This document shows, piece after piece, positions 19,058 to 28,971 of a stretch of 64,000 nucleotides of DNA (position 1 is the stretch's first letter; every line of letters begins with the position of its first letter). Position numbers and translations under genes: made by a program. The stretch is from Acidobacteriota bacterium (GTDB lineage Bacteria > Acidobacteriota > UBA6911 > RPQK01 > JAJDTT01). A model generated the notes under the pieces. The model was not told the origin of the DNA and searched no databases. It worked only from the letters and a program-made list of their open reading frames with translations. The stretch covers positions 3,968,001 to 4,032,000 of the forward strand of contig OZ253580.1 in the NCBI GenBank assembly GCA_965263035.1, given 5' to 3'.

Positions 19058-20408
19058 CCAGCCGGGTGTTGGGAAACTGGGCTCGCCAGCCGAACCAGAA
19101 GGCGCGGTGGGCGGCCAGGCGGATGAGTTTCTCGTCGTTCGGTCCCACCAGAGCGGTCTCCGTCGCCTCCCACTGCTGTCCCGAACTGTCCCTGACCTTG
19201 GAATTCCGGTTCCATTTGGTGAAGGTGACGCCCGTGGCGTCGTAGGCCCGGCTGGCCCCCGACTTGTCGGTGAGGATGACCACCTCCTGTCCTCCCACGC
19301 GGTCTTGGTGCAACCGGCGCTTGCGCAGGTACCGGGTGTCGTAGGCGACCGACTCCCCGTCCATGAGCATGGCCAGGACCTCCTGCTTGTTCTTCAAGCG
19401 CTCGTCCTGAAATGGGGTGGGGAACATGAGCCGGTCGGTGGCGAAATACTCCCTGTAGGCGGCGCCTTCCCCGTAGTCCCGCTCGTGGCCCGTGTCCAGG
19501 GACAGGACCTTGGTCTCCGGGTGACGCCGCCGCCACTCTTTCCAGCGGGTGGTGACGATGGGCAGGCGTTTCAGCTGCAACCCGGAGCCCACCAGGGAGC
19601 CCATGACGGGAACCCCCTCCAGGGCCGACCAGAGGGTGTTGGTCTGGCGGTCGTACATCAGCTTGTTGGAACGGTAGAGGAAGCCGCTGGTCCCGAAACT
19701 GAACTGACGCTCCCCCACCTTCTGGTCGTAGAGGACGGCGGAGCCGCACAAAGTGCAGTAGGCACAGGTGACGTCGATTCCGCCGATCTTGTCGTTGAAG
19801 AGTTCATGCCAGGCCAGAATCCGTTTGGGATAGGCCTTGGCTTCGCCGTTCAGGTAGACGCCGAAGACGATGTGATCGTTCTTGAGGTAGTCCGCCTCCG
19901 CCGCGGAGATCATCTTGGGATATTCCAGCGGCGGAATGCCGTCCTTTTTCACTCCGCCCCAGACCACCTCGTCGAGACGAATCGTGCGCGGGGTCCCGGG
20001 GACGAAGTAGCGGGCGAAACGTTTGTCGATGAAGGAGTAGAGAGTGGTCTTGAAGGTTGCGTATTCGGGATGTTCCTGCTCGTCCTGACTCCAGATCCAG
20101 CGCCACCAGCGGTCCGTGTCCGCCGGCAGATTCTGGCCGGTCCCTTTGCGCAGTAGCCTCAGGACGTTCTGGCCGCGAACGTCTCCGGGGGGCAGAAGCA
20201 TAAAGATCTCCACCAGCATGGGGGCGAATCCCGGATGCCAGTTGGCTTCCAGCCTCCGGGCGGCGGCCCGATGCACCTTGCGGTCGCGGTCGGCCATGTC
20301 GCCGACGGCGGCGGCAGGGGAGGAGTCCTTGGTCTGGGTGGCCTGAGCCAAGACGTGAGGAGGGACACCGCTCAGCAGAAGCAAGACCACCAACGCGCCG
20401 ATCTTCAT
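19050..20408 (-). CDS. DUF3179 domain protein, exported
   Basis: WGGVKKDGIPPL, AYPKRILAWHE, YCTLCGS, FGTSGFLYRSNKLMYD. Confidence 0.88.
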   Translation of the reverse strand: MKIGALVVLLLLSGVPPHVLAQATQTKDSSPAAAVGDMADRDRKVHRAAARRLEANWHPGFAPMLVEIFMLLPPGDVRGQNVLRLLRKGTGQNLPADTDRWWRWIWSQDEQEHPEYATFKTTLYSFIDKRFARYFVPGTPRTIRLDEVVWGGVKKDGIPPLEYPKMISAAEADYLKNDHIVFGVYLNGEAKAYPKRILAWHELFNDKIGGIDVTCAYCTLCGSAVLYDQKVGERQFSFGTSGFLYRSNKLMYDRQTNTLWSALEGVPVMGSLVGSGLQLKRLPIVTTRWKEWRRRHPETKVLSLDTGHERDYGEGAAYREYFATDRLMFPTPFQDERLKNKQEVLAMLMDGESVAYDTRYLRKRRLHQDRVGGQEVVILTDKSGASRAYDATGVTFTKWNRNSKVRDSSGQQWEATETALVGPNDEKLIRLAAHRAFWFGWRAQFPNTRLVK

Positions 20409-20475
20409 TCCCGTTCCGGCTTGCACTCCATCTCTGCCCGGCATCGATCCCCTGCGAAATGCGGGCATACACGGG

Positions 20476-20997
20476 TTAATAGACGATTTCCGTCCCCTCG
20501 CGCAGTACCCAGAAGAGCCGTTGTGCCGCCGGTTCCTCCATCTCCAGTTGCAGGACCGATACCTCCCGGACAAGGGCTTGAAACTGGGCCAGGATCAGGC
20601 GCAGGCGCCGGCCGGAGCGCTTCTTCCAGGTCAAACCGCTCAGATCCGGAGGAGCGACGAACAGGACCGAACCGTCTTCCAACTCCACCGCATAAGTGCC
20701 GGGCATGGAGGCGACGCCTCGACGGGAGGTTAGCGGAACCGGTTTTCCCTGGGAAGCCCGGATTTCCTCCACGGGACGGGGAGGGACCAGTCTGGAAACT
20801 CGGGAGGAACGAAGGGGGGTGGAATCGCGGTTGGATCGCTGTATGGGGATCTCCTTGAGCAGGACTCCCCGTTGCAGGATCCGTGCCGAATGGGTGCCGA
20901 TCTCCACCAGCGGTCCGGGCTTTTCCGAGAGCGACCACCCGGGAGGCTGCATTCCCAGGAAAAGGATCGGCAGAAGGAGTTGGTCACGCCTCCCCAT
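20476..20997 (-). CDS. Degenerate L,D-transpeptidase-like protein
   Basis: Translationally coupled (TGATG); YkuD-like C-terminus without the His/Cys motif. Confidence 0.55.
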   Translation of the reverse strand: MGRRDQLLLPILFLGMQPPGWSLSEKPGPLVEIGTHSARILQRGVLLKEIPIQRSNRDSTPLRSSRVSRLVPPRPVEEIRASQGKPVPLTSRRGVASMPGTYAVELEDGSVLFVAPPDLSGLTWKKRSGRRLRLILAQFQALVREVSVLQLEMEEPAAQRLFWVLREGTEIVY

Positions 20998-21536
20998 CAG
21001 AAGATGAAAACCGGAGTCCCCAACGGGGCCAGGTCCACGAGCCTGTCCAGATCGGCTTCGGACAGGCGGATGCAACCGTGGGTCACGTTCTGTCCCAGAA
21101 GCCGGGTGTACAGAGTCCCGTGGATGTAGTAGCCGTCTCCGATTCCCAGGGCGAAACTTCCCAGCACCCCGTATTCCATCCGATCGCCGTCCCGCGCGGG
21201 AAGGGGCTCACCCTCTTCCACGAACGCCCAGTCGGGTTTCCGCCAGACCGGGAACTCGGTCACGTACTCGATCTTGAATTCACCCCGGGGGGTATCGAAG
21301 GTCCACTCCCGGTCGCCGACGATCAGACGGTGACCACTGCCGGTTGCGCACAGTGCATCGAGAAGGACCCGCTGCCCGTGACGGACATAGAGACGGTTTT
21401 CCGCCGTGTCGATGAGAATAATGCGCCCTCGCGGCGGGGTTTCCTGGGGTTTGGAAAGATCCCGCGCCGCCGGGGCGGGGCTGGCGCCGTACGCTTCGAA
21501 CCGGCTCTCGGGGCTGGAAAAGGCGGAAGCCCCCAA
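20997..21536 (-). CDS. L,D-transpeptidase (YkuD)
   Basis: FDTPRGEF, YYIHGT...VTHGCIRL, GTPVFIF. Confidence 0.9.
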   Translation of the reverse strand: MGASAFSSPESRFEAYGASPAPAARDLSKPQETPPRGRIILIDTAENRLYVRHGQRVLLDALCATGSGHRLIVGDREWTFDTPRGEFKIEYVTEFPVWRKPDWAFVEEGEPLPARDGDRMEYGVLGSFALGIGDGYYIHGTLYTRLLGQNVTHGCIRLSEADLDRLVDLAPLGTPVFIF

Positions 21537-21568
21537 TATGGCGGCGCCAACCAGGAGAATGCCTCGGG

Positions 21569-22168
21569 TCAGCGTCGCCTTCTCTGCTGAATGGCCTGCT
21601 CAATCTCGGAGCTGACTCCGTCCGCCTTCCGCTTGACTGCGCCGAATTGATTCAAGGCGTCCATGTACTTGCCCGCTTCGTAGACCTGCTGCGCGCCTGC
21701 CAGCATGGCTTCGGCCGAGGCTACGTCGCCCTCCAGGGCGGCTACGCTCTCGCGGGCTCCCTTGCCGCGTCGCGGCGCCTTGCGCAACATGGCCTGGGCG
21801 TTTTCGATGGCGGCCTGAGCCGCTTCGTTCGCCGCCTCCGCCTGACCCTTGACCTTGATCTTGTTTTCACCGGCAGCAGCGGTTGCAGCCTCAGCTTCGG
21901 AGGTCGCCCGGCTCACCAGTTCTCGGGCCTGATCGTAGCTGCGGGTCAGGGCGAAACTTCCATCCTGCACCGCGATCTCGGCTTCGGCCTCCTTCAGCGT
22001 CCCCGCAGCCTTGCGAAGCTCGTCCGGCGCGTAGGTTTCGGCCTCCGCGGCCCGGGCCGCGTCCAGTGCCTGGCGCGCCGCGTCGAGTTCCGATGCCGGC
22101 GGGCTGTCGCAACCCGTGAGTAGCACCAGCAACGCTGCGCAAGACGAGAACAGGAGAGCTCTTCTCAT
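21569..22168 (-). CDS. DUF4398-like helical lipoprotein
   Basis: Lipobox LTGC; AEAETYAPDEL; alanine-rich helices; GGAGG RBS. Confidence 0.8.
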   Translation of the reverse strand: MRRALLFSSCAALLVLLTGCDSPPASELDAARQALDAARAAEAETYAPDELRKAAGTLKEAEAEIAVQDGSFALTRSYDQARELVSRATSEAEAATAAAGENKIKVKGQAEAANEAAQAAIENAQAMLRKAPRRGKGARESVAALEGDVASAEAMLAGAQQVYEAGKYMDALNQFGAVKRKADGVSSEIEQAIQQRRRR

Positions 22169-22325
22169 GTGACCTCCTTCAGACCATCCCGAGTCTGTTC
22201 GTGAGAGTGAAAAATAAGCATTGTCCAATAATTGGTCCATGTTAGCATGTTTCCCGCCGGACCTGGAACCGGGGATTTGTCTTGATTTCCGGAGCGTGGC
22301 CGGAAACAGTCGGAGCAGTCATTCC

Positions 22326-23528
22326 ATGACCCAGCGACTCTATCACCAGGACTCTTATCTCAAGACTTTTCGTGGGCGGGTCGTCGATGTCGTCCGATGG
22401 AAGGGAAAACCGGCCGTGGAGCTGGACCGGAGCTGCTTCTATCCCGCTTCCGGAGGGCAGCCTGCCGACCGTGGCGTTCTGGAGGGGTTGCCGGTCGTGG
22501 AGATGGCGGAGCCGGGCGGCCGGCTTCTGCACGTCCTGGAGCAGGGGTGCCCGGAGGAAGGTCAGGACGTGAAGGGAAGCCTCGACTGGGAACGGCGCTT
22601 CGACCACATGCAGCAGCATACGGGCCAGCACATATTGTCGCAGGCCTTCATCGAGGTCCTGGATTGGGAAACGGTTTCTTTTCATCTGGGGCGGGAGTCT
22701 TGCACCATCGATCTCGCCGGAGCTGCACTGTCCCCGGAACTGATCTACCAGGTGGAAGACGTGGCCAATAGGATCATCATCGAGTGCCGGTCCATCCGAG
22801 TCCATCTTGTCGACGCTCGCCGCCAGGGCGATTTTCCCCTCCGCAAGCCGTCCGACCGGAAGGGAACCTTGCGAATCGTCGAGATCTCGGACTTCGATTT
22901 CTCGGCCTGCGGCGGAACCCATTGCCGATCGACGGGGGAGGTCGGTCTCATCAAGATCCGCCGCTGGGAGCGGGCGAAGAAGCGGGCCCGGGTCGAATTC
23001 TACTGCGGAGGGAGAGCCTTCCGGGACTACCGCTGGAAGAACCGGGCCGTGTACAGTCTCTCCCGCCTCTATTCCCGGCCCGACCGGGAAGTGGTGGAGG
23101 CCGCCATGGAGCACCTGGAGCGGGAAGAAGGGCTGCGCAAAAGGCTGGTGGAGGGTCAGGACCGCTACCTGGAATCGGAGGCCGCCCGGCTGCTGGCTGG
23201 CGCTCAGGAGGTGCGGGGAATTCGAGTGGTCCGGCGGGTCTTGACCGGGATGGATATGGGGGCGGTTCGGGAGCTGGCCCGCAAACTGGTCCAGGACGGC
23301 GAAAAGAGGCTGGTTCTATTGGGGTTGGAAGGTGATTCTCCGGCTCTCGTCTTTGCCCGTTCGGAGGACCTGCCCTGGCACATGGGAGATTGGATCCGCA
23401 ACGCCGCACCCCTGATCGCGGGCCGGGGAGGCGGCAGTCCCCGCCACGCTCAGGCCCGAGGCTCACGGTCCGAAGGATTGGAAGCGGCTCTCGATGACGC
23501 TTTGAACCACGTTCGCGAGGAGGACTGA
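22326..23528 (+). CDS. Alanyl-tRNA editing protein AlaX with DHHA1 domain
   Basis: FYPASGGQPAD, HMQQHTGQH, CGGTH, GRGGG. Confidence 0.9.
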   Translation: MTQRLYHQDSYLKTFRGRVVDVVRWKGKPAVELDRSCFYPASGGQPADRGVLEGLPVVEMAEPGGRLLHVLEQGCPEEGQDVKGSLDWERRFDHMQQHTGQHILSQAFIEVLDWETVSFHLGRESCTIDLAGAALSPELIYQVEDVANRIIIECRSIRVHLVDARRQGDFPLRKPSDRKGTLRIVEISDFDFSACGGTHCRSTGEVGLIKIRRWERAKKRARVEFYCGGRAFRDYRWKNRAVYSLSRLYSRPDREVVEAAMEHLEREEGLRKRLVEGQDRYLESEAARLLAGAQEVRGIRVVRRVLTGMDMGAVRELARKLVQDGEKRLVLLGLEGDSPALVFARSEDLPWHMGDWIRNAAPLIAGRGGGSPRHAQARGSRSEGLEAALDDALNHVREED

Positions 23529-25042
23529 TGCTCCGTTCCCGGATTCCCGCCTTTCTGATTCTCCCTGCGCTGCTCTGGTCCTGCTCCGAGCCCGGTCCCA
23601 CGTCCACACCCGTTCTGGAAATCGGCGTCCAGCCCCAGGTGCTGGTGGATAATTTCATTGTGGAGCGAACCGAGGCCCTCAGCCGCCGGTTGAATCCGTT
23701 GGCAAAGCATGCGGCGAATCCGGTGCTGAGTCCTCAGCGGCCCTGGGAAGGACGGTCCACCTTGCCGACCACCGTCCTCTTCGATAACGCGGACCGGCGC
23801 TTCAAGATGTGGTACCAGTGCCGGGACGAGCTATCGAGTTCCCGCCGGGGCCGGGATCGCTGGGCCTACGCCGTTTCCGGTGACGGCATCACCTGGGAAA
23901 AACCCAACCTCGGACTCACCTCCTTCGCCGGCTCCCGCCGTAACAATTTGATTCCCTATCCGGTCAGCCGTGTGTTGCTGGATTCCACGGAGTCCGATCC
24001 CGAACACCGCTTCAAGGCCTTGGCATACGACCGGATCCACGAGGATGGACCGGCCGGCATCTTGGTCGGGTTTTCTCCCGACGGTCTTCGTTGGAGCCTT
24101 CAGTCGCCGAGTCCCCTCCTCGCCGAGACCAGGGGCCAAGGGACGCACGCCGGAATCGGCGACACTCATACGGTTTTGGGCTGGGATGAACGTTGGGACA
24201 GGTATGTGGCCTTCATGCGACCCAGCCGCCGTTTTCGGGACATCGGTCTCTCCCACAGCACCGACTTCACGGACTGGCGCCTACCCACGCCGGTGCTGAC
24301 CCCAGACCCAAACGATCCGCCGGGAACCCAGTTCTGCGAGATGGCGGTGTTTCGGGATCGCGGCGTCTACTGGGGACTGCTCTCGGTCTACCATCCCGAC
24401 TCCCTCATGGTGGACGTGCAGTTGGCCTTCAGCCGCGACGGGGTCGGCTGGCGACGCGTCGGCCGGCGGCATCCCATTCTCACATACGGGCTTCCGGACC
24501 GGTTCGACTCCCATCAACTGAGGGCGCTCAATCCGCTGTTGGTGGGTGACGAGATCCAGGTCTACTACGCCGCCGAGAACGAACCGCATGCCCTTACTCC
24601 TCAGGATGCGCCCCTTCTGACCCATGCCGTTGATGCCCCTCCCGAGACACCCCCCGAGCAGGGTTGGGTCCGGCAGGGACGCGGGTTTGGAGGCTTGGCC
24701 CGATGCCGGCGGGACGGATTCGTCTCGCTGGACAGCGGCTCGTCTCTGGGGTCCCTGCTGACCAAGCCCTTCACCTGCCGGGGAGACCGGATTCTGTTCA
24801 ACGCGGACGCCGGTCGAGGGGAGATCCGGGTGGGGATCCTGGACGCTGAAGGGCGGCCTCTGGAGGGTTTCGCCGAGGCGGATGGGGAGCGTATCCGGGG
24901 GAATTCCATGCGCCACGTCGCTGCATGGAGAGGAGATCCTGATATTTCTTCCCTGAAGGGCCGGGCCATCCAGCTCCGGATCACCATGACCAATTCCAAG
25001 CTCTACTCCTTCGCCATTGGCGAATCCGGGAGGCCAAAATGA
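23528..25042 (+). CDS. Lipoprotein, five-bladed beta-propeller glycoside hydrolase-like
   Basis: LWSC lipobox; KMWY, AVSGDGITWEKPNLG, RRDGFVSL. Confidence 0.75.
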   Translation: MLRSRIPAFLILPALLWSCSEPGPTSTPVLEIGVQPQVLVDNFIVERTEALSRRLNPLAKHAANPVLSPQRPWEGRSTLPTTVLFDNADRRFKMWYQCRDELSSSRRGRDRWAYAVSGDGITWEKPNLGLTSFAGSRRNNLIPYPVSRVLLDSTESDPEHRFKALAYDRIHEDGPAGILVGFSPDGLRWSLQSPSPLLAETRGQGTHAGIGDTHTVLGWDERWDRYVAFMRPSRRFRDIGLSHSTDFTDWRLPTPVLTPDPNDPPGTQFCEMAVFRDRGVYWGLLSVYHPDSLMVDVQLAFSRDGVGWRRVGRRHPILTYGLPDRFDSHQLRALNPLLVGDEIQVYYAAENEPHALTPQDAPLLTHAVDAPPETPPEQGWVRQGRGFGGLARCRRDGFVSLDSGSSLGSLLTKPFTCRGDRILFNADAGRGEIRVGILDAEGRPLEGFAEADGERIRGNSMRHVAAWRGDPDISSLKGRAIQLRITMTNSKLYSFAIGESGRPK

Positions 25043-26790
25043 GACGTTTCCTTCTGCTTGGGGTTCCGGGCGCGCTCCTCATAGCCTCCTGCGGCCAGGC
25101 ACCCACCGTGACCACGGGAGAGGCGACTCCCCTGGGTCTGGGCGCCCTGAGCCTGAACGGTGAGATTCATCCCAAGGGGATCTACACCACCTATCATTTC
25201 GAGTACGGTCCCACGCCTTCGTTCGGATTCAAGACCCGGGAACGGCCGCTGCCGCCGCGCTTGGCGGCCCATTACCGGGAGACCTGGGATGAAGGCTCCG
25301 GGGGTTGGAGCAGTTGGGCTCAGGAGCATATCCATCATCCCGAAGGAGGAGCTTCAGGGGGGTATATCGAGTGGCGCCAGCCGGCGGCCAACAACGACTT
25401 CAACCACATGGCCGCCGACGTGCTGCACTTGGTGAAATTCCTCCGGACCGGGCTGCTGCCCCAATGGAGACAGGAGGGCAACGCCACCCTGGGCGGATCG
25501 GATCCCGATCTCCGGGATGCCCGCGTCTCCATCTGGGTCCGGGGAGACGGGTGGAAGCCCAGGGGCTCGGAGCTGACGTGGTGGCTGCAGAGCCAGAGCA
25601 ACCCGGGAATGGGGAACCAAGTGGGTTGGCGGCGCGCCAACTGGGCCTACAGCGGCACTACCCTAACCGACGAGCTCTTGGACGGTGAGTGGCACCACGT
25701 CGTGTACCGCCTCGAGAACGACACCAACAAGTGGAACTACGGCGGAAAGAACATCGGCCAGGGCCGTGCGTCCCAGCGCTACGAGTACTGGTCCATCGAC
25801 CAGGCCCTGGGGCACAACAACAACAATTTCTTTCACCTCCTGTCTTTCATAGATCCCCAGAACCTCCCGGTCGGCGCCATTCACTTCGACGAGTTCGAGT
25901 TGACCTACCGCAACGAGTCCCTGCTCCTCGTCAGCAACGGCGGCCGCTTGATCCGTTGGCCGGACAGCGGGAACGACGATCCGTCCACCCTGACGGACGG
26001 GTGGCGCCACGGCGAGGGGAAGATGTGGCGCAGCGGGCCGGATCCGTCCGAGCCCTTGGAATTCGTGTACGAGTTTCAGGATCCGGTGACCATCGAGACG
26101 ATTCAGGTGCACCAGAATTCCGAGTGGCCGAGCCGGGACCTGGAAATCTCGGTTTCGACGGACGGAGATGCGTTCACCCCGATCAGCCGCTTGGCGCTGC
26201 CCGAAAAAGGCGAGCCCAACGCCAACTTCGCCTTCACCGTGGAGACCGGGCTTTCGGTACATGCTGGGTTCCTGAAGGTCCGAGTGCTGTCCGGCTACCG
26301 CTCGCGGCATTGGGGTCTGGGAGAGATCGAGGTGTTCGGGAAAGGCGCCAGGATGCTTCCCGACGACGACCTCTACCACGTGAACCAGGATGTCTGGGAC
26401 CTGCGCCCGGGCGCCACCATTCACTACCGGGTGGTGGCAACGGGTGCCGAAGGCGTCGCCCGGGGCGAAACCAGGAGCTTCACCCTTTCCCCGGATCGAC
26501 GGCCCCACGTCCGGGCGCTGGAGCCGCTTCGCTCGACCCCGGCCACCGCCCGGCTTCAGGGCAGGCTTTCGCCCATGGGGCTTCTCACCTACTACCACTT
26601 CGAATACGGTGCCGATCCCGGTCTGGGAAGCAGGACTCCCCTGCGTTACGCCGGAGCCGAGATCACTCCCCGGTCGGTCTTCGCCGACCTGGACGGGCTA
26701 CCGCCGAAAACCCGCACCCATTACCGGCTGGTGGGTATCAACGCAGACGGCGTGGTCCGGAGCGAAACTGTGTCGTTGCTGACGCGTTGA
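25039..26790 (+). CDS. Lipoprotein with FN3-like repeats and a discoidin-like domain
   Basis: IASC lipobox; repeated YHFEYG; WGLGEIEVFG. Confidence 0.7.
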   Translation: MRRFLLLGVPGALLIASCGQAPTVTTGEATPLGLGALSLNGEIHPKGIYTTYHFEYGPTPSFGFKTRERPLPPRLAAHYRETWDEGSGGWSSWAQEHIHHPEGGASGGYIEWRQPAANNDFNHMAADVLHLVKFLRTGLLPQWRQEGNATLGGSDPDLRDARVSIWVRGDGWKPRGSELTWWLQSQSNPGMGNQVGWRRANWAYSGTTLTDELLDGEWHHVVYRLENDTNKWNYGGKNIGQGRASQRYEYWSIDQALGHNNNNFFHLLSFIDPQNLPVGAIHFDEFELTYRNESLLLVSNGGRLIRWPDSGNDDPSTLTDGWRHGEGKMWRSGPDPSEPLEFVYEFQDPVTIETIQVHQNSEWPSRDLEISVSTDGDAFTPISRLALPEKGEPNANFAFTVETGLSVHAGFLKVRVLSGYRSRHWGLGEIEVFGKGARMLPDDDLYHVNQDVWDLRPGATIHYRVVATGAEGVARGETRSFTLSPDRRPHVRALEPLRSTPATARLQGRLSPMGLLTYYHFEYGADPGLGSRTPLRYAGAEITPRSVFADLDGLPPKTRTHYRLVGINADGVVRSETVSLLTR

Positions 26791-26893
26791 AGGGGAAGAG
26801 GGTGAAGAACAGGCGGTTGGAGGTCCCGAATTCCGATATCCGGACCGGAGAGATCCTTTCCGGCTGTCGGCTGCGTCAGGCGGGAGATTCTCA

Positions 26894-27847
26894 ATGAACT
26901 CGGCTGAGTTCCTGGAGGCCCGGGAGCGACTGTCGACGGTTGCCCGGGTGACCCCGCTGATCCAGTCCAAGCTCGATCCCGGGCTTCACTTCAAGGCCGA
27001 GAACCTGCAGGTGACCGGCTCTTTCAAGATCCGGGCCGCCTATAACCAGATGATCCAACTGGACCAGGAACAACGGGACCGGGGCATCGTCACCTCCAGC
27101 TCCGGGAACTTCGCCCAGGCGGTGGCCTACGCCGCCAAGATGTTGGGACTCTCGGCCAAGATCGTGATGATGGAGAACTCCAACCCCATGAAGGTGTCGG
27201 GCACTCGCCGCTGGGGCGGTGAGGTGGTCTTCTGCGAGAACCGCTTCGAGGCCCGAAACCGGACCGTGGAGAGGATCCGTGAGGACGAGGACCGGAGCAC
27301 GGTCCACCCCTACGACCACGCCGCCGCGGTGGCGGGAAACGGGACCGCCGGACTGGAGATCTTGGAGCAACTGGACGAGGTGGAGAACGTAGTCGTTCCC
27401 ATCAGCGGCGGCGGACTCATCAGCGGAATTGCCATGGCCGTCAAGGAACGGAAACCTTCGGTCAAGGTATGGGGCGTTCAACCGCGGGGTTCCAACGCCA
27501 CGTATCTATCGTTCCGAAAGCAGGAGCCGGTGGCCCTGGAGCGGGCCGATACCGTGGCCGACGGCCTCACCGTCACCCGGCCCGGAGGCCTGACCTTCCC
27601 CCTGATTCTCCGCTACGTGGACGGCGTGGAGATGGTGGAGGAAGACTCGATCCTTTACAGTGTGGGGCATCTCATGGGAGAGGAGAAGCTGGTGGTGGAA
27701 CCCTCCGGCGCCGTCCCCCTGGCAGCGGTTCTGGAAGGCAAGGTCCCCCTGCGAAACACGGTTCTGGTTCTGAGCGGGGGAAACATGGGGCAGGAGATCA
27801 TGAACCGGTCTCTCGGTCTCTTCTCCGAGGGAAGGAGTCCAAAATGA
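26894..27847 (+). CDS. Threonine/serine dehydratase
   Basis: KAENLQVTGSFKIR, SSGNFAQ, PISGGGL, VEPSGA, LSGGN. Confidence 0.92.
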   Translation: MNSAEFLEARERLSTVARVTPLIQSKLDPGLHFKAENLQVTGSFKIRAAYNQMIQLDQEQRDRGIVTSSSGNFAQAVAYAAKMLGLSAKIVMMENSNPMKVSGTRRWGGEVVFCENRFEARNRTVERIREDEDRSTVHPYDHAAAVAGNGTAGLEILEQLDEVENVVVPISGGGLISGIAMAVKERKPSVKVWGVQPRGSNATYLSFRKQEPVALERADTVADGLTVTRPGGLTFPLILRYVDGVEMVEEDSILYSVGHLMGEEKLVVEPSGAVPLAAVLEGKVPLRNTVLVLSGGNMGQEIMNRSLGLFSEGRSPK

Positions 27848-28971
27848 AGATCCGATCCGGTCGAACGTCGCACACTTGGCTGAGTACGGGTGCCCTTGTC
27901 CTGGGAGTCGTCTGGTCCTTTGCGGGAGGAGTCTCTGCCCAGGAGGCCTTCGTCATGGACGAGTTGCAGGCGGAACGCGTGGTGGTGGCTCCCGGCGGAT
28001 ATTTCCCTCGCATGGAGATCCTGAAGAACGGCGATCTGCTGGTCTCGGTGAAGGCGGGCGCCGCTCATGTCGGCAAGACGGGACGCGCCGACGTCGTCCG
28101 CTCCACCGACGGCGGCCGGACCTGGGGCAAGCCGGTGACCGTATTCGACCTGCCCGGCCGGGACGACGCCATCGACGCCATGGGGCGCCTCTCGGACGGA
28201 ACCCTGATCGCCGGCATCGTGTCCTATTCCTGGACGGGTGAGCGCTACACGGGAGAGGGTTGGAGCGCCGACACCTGGGTGATCCGCTCGTCCGACCACG
28301 GGTTTACCTGGAGCGAGCCGGTCAAGCTGGAAGCCACGCCCCACGATTGGCTCTATCCCTTCGGACGTCCCGTGGAGTTGGAGGATGGAACCGTCCTCCT
28401 GTCCGGATACGGTTCGGCTCTTCCCAGGGACCGCAAGACGCCCACCACCTCCTTCGTGGTCCGGTCCCGGGACGGCGGCAAGACGTGGGGCGAATACGTC
28501 GCGGTGGCCAGCCGTTTCGACGAGCTCTGCATTGCCCGTCTGCCCTCGGGGAAGCTGGTCGCCGCCCTGCGCGCGACCGGCGGCTCGGCCTCCCTCTCCT
28601 TTTCCTCCGACGACGGCCGGACCTGGAGCAAGACGCGCCGCTTGACCGAGGCCGCGGAACATCCCGCGGACCTGCTGGTGCTGGCCGATGGCAGGCTGCT
28701 GATCACCTTCGGCGTGCGCCACCAGCCCTATGGAGTCCAGGCCATGCTCAGCCGGGACGGAGGCGAGATCTGGTCCAAGCAGAAGAGGATCCTGTTGGCA
28801 TGGGATGGAGAACACGGTGACCTTGGCTATCCGGTCTCCATTCAGAGGCCCGACGGCAGAATCGTCACCGCCTACTACATCGTCTACGGTGAACGGGACT
28901 CCTGGGGAGACAAAGGGGTCGCCATGAAGAACTCCTTCACCAAGGCGGTCATCTGGTCGCCGCCCCGATGA
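27844..28971 (+). CDS. Exported sialidase-like BNR/Asp-box protein
   Basis: Five Asp boxes (STDGGRTW, SSDHGFTW, SRDGGKTW, SSDDGRTW, SRDGGEIW); DLGYP. Confidence 0.85.
   Translation: MKIRSGRTSHTWLSTGALVLGVVWSFAGGVSAQEAFVMDELQAERVVVAPGGYFPRMEILKNGDLLVSVKAGAAHVGKTGRADVVRSTDGGRTWGKPVTVFDLPGRDDAIDAMGRLSDGTLIAGIVSYSWTGERYTGEGWSADTWVIRSSDHGFTWSEPVKLEATPHDWLYPFGRPVELEDGTVLLSGYGSALPRDRKTPTTSFVVRSRDGGKTWGEYVAVASRFDELCIARLPSGKLVAALRATGGSASLSFSSDDGRTWSKTRRLTEAAEHPADLLVLADGRLLITFGVRHQPYGVQAMLSRDGGEIWSKQKRILLAWDGEHGDLGYPVSIQRPDGRIVTAYYIVYGERDSWGDKGVAMKNSFTKAVIWSPPR

Noticed and set aside
19050-20408. Selenocysteine in the DUF3179 protein
   Set aside because: The CxxC motif is encoded by Cys codons and there is no in-frame TGA
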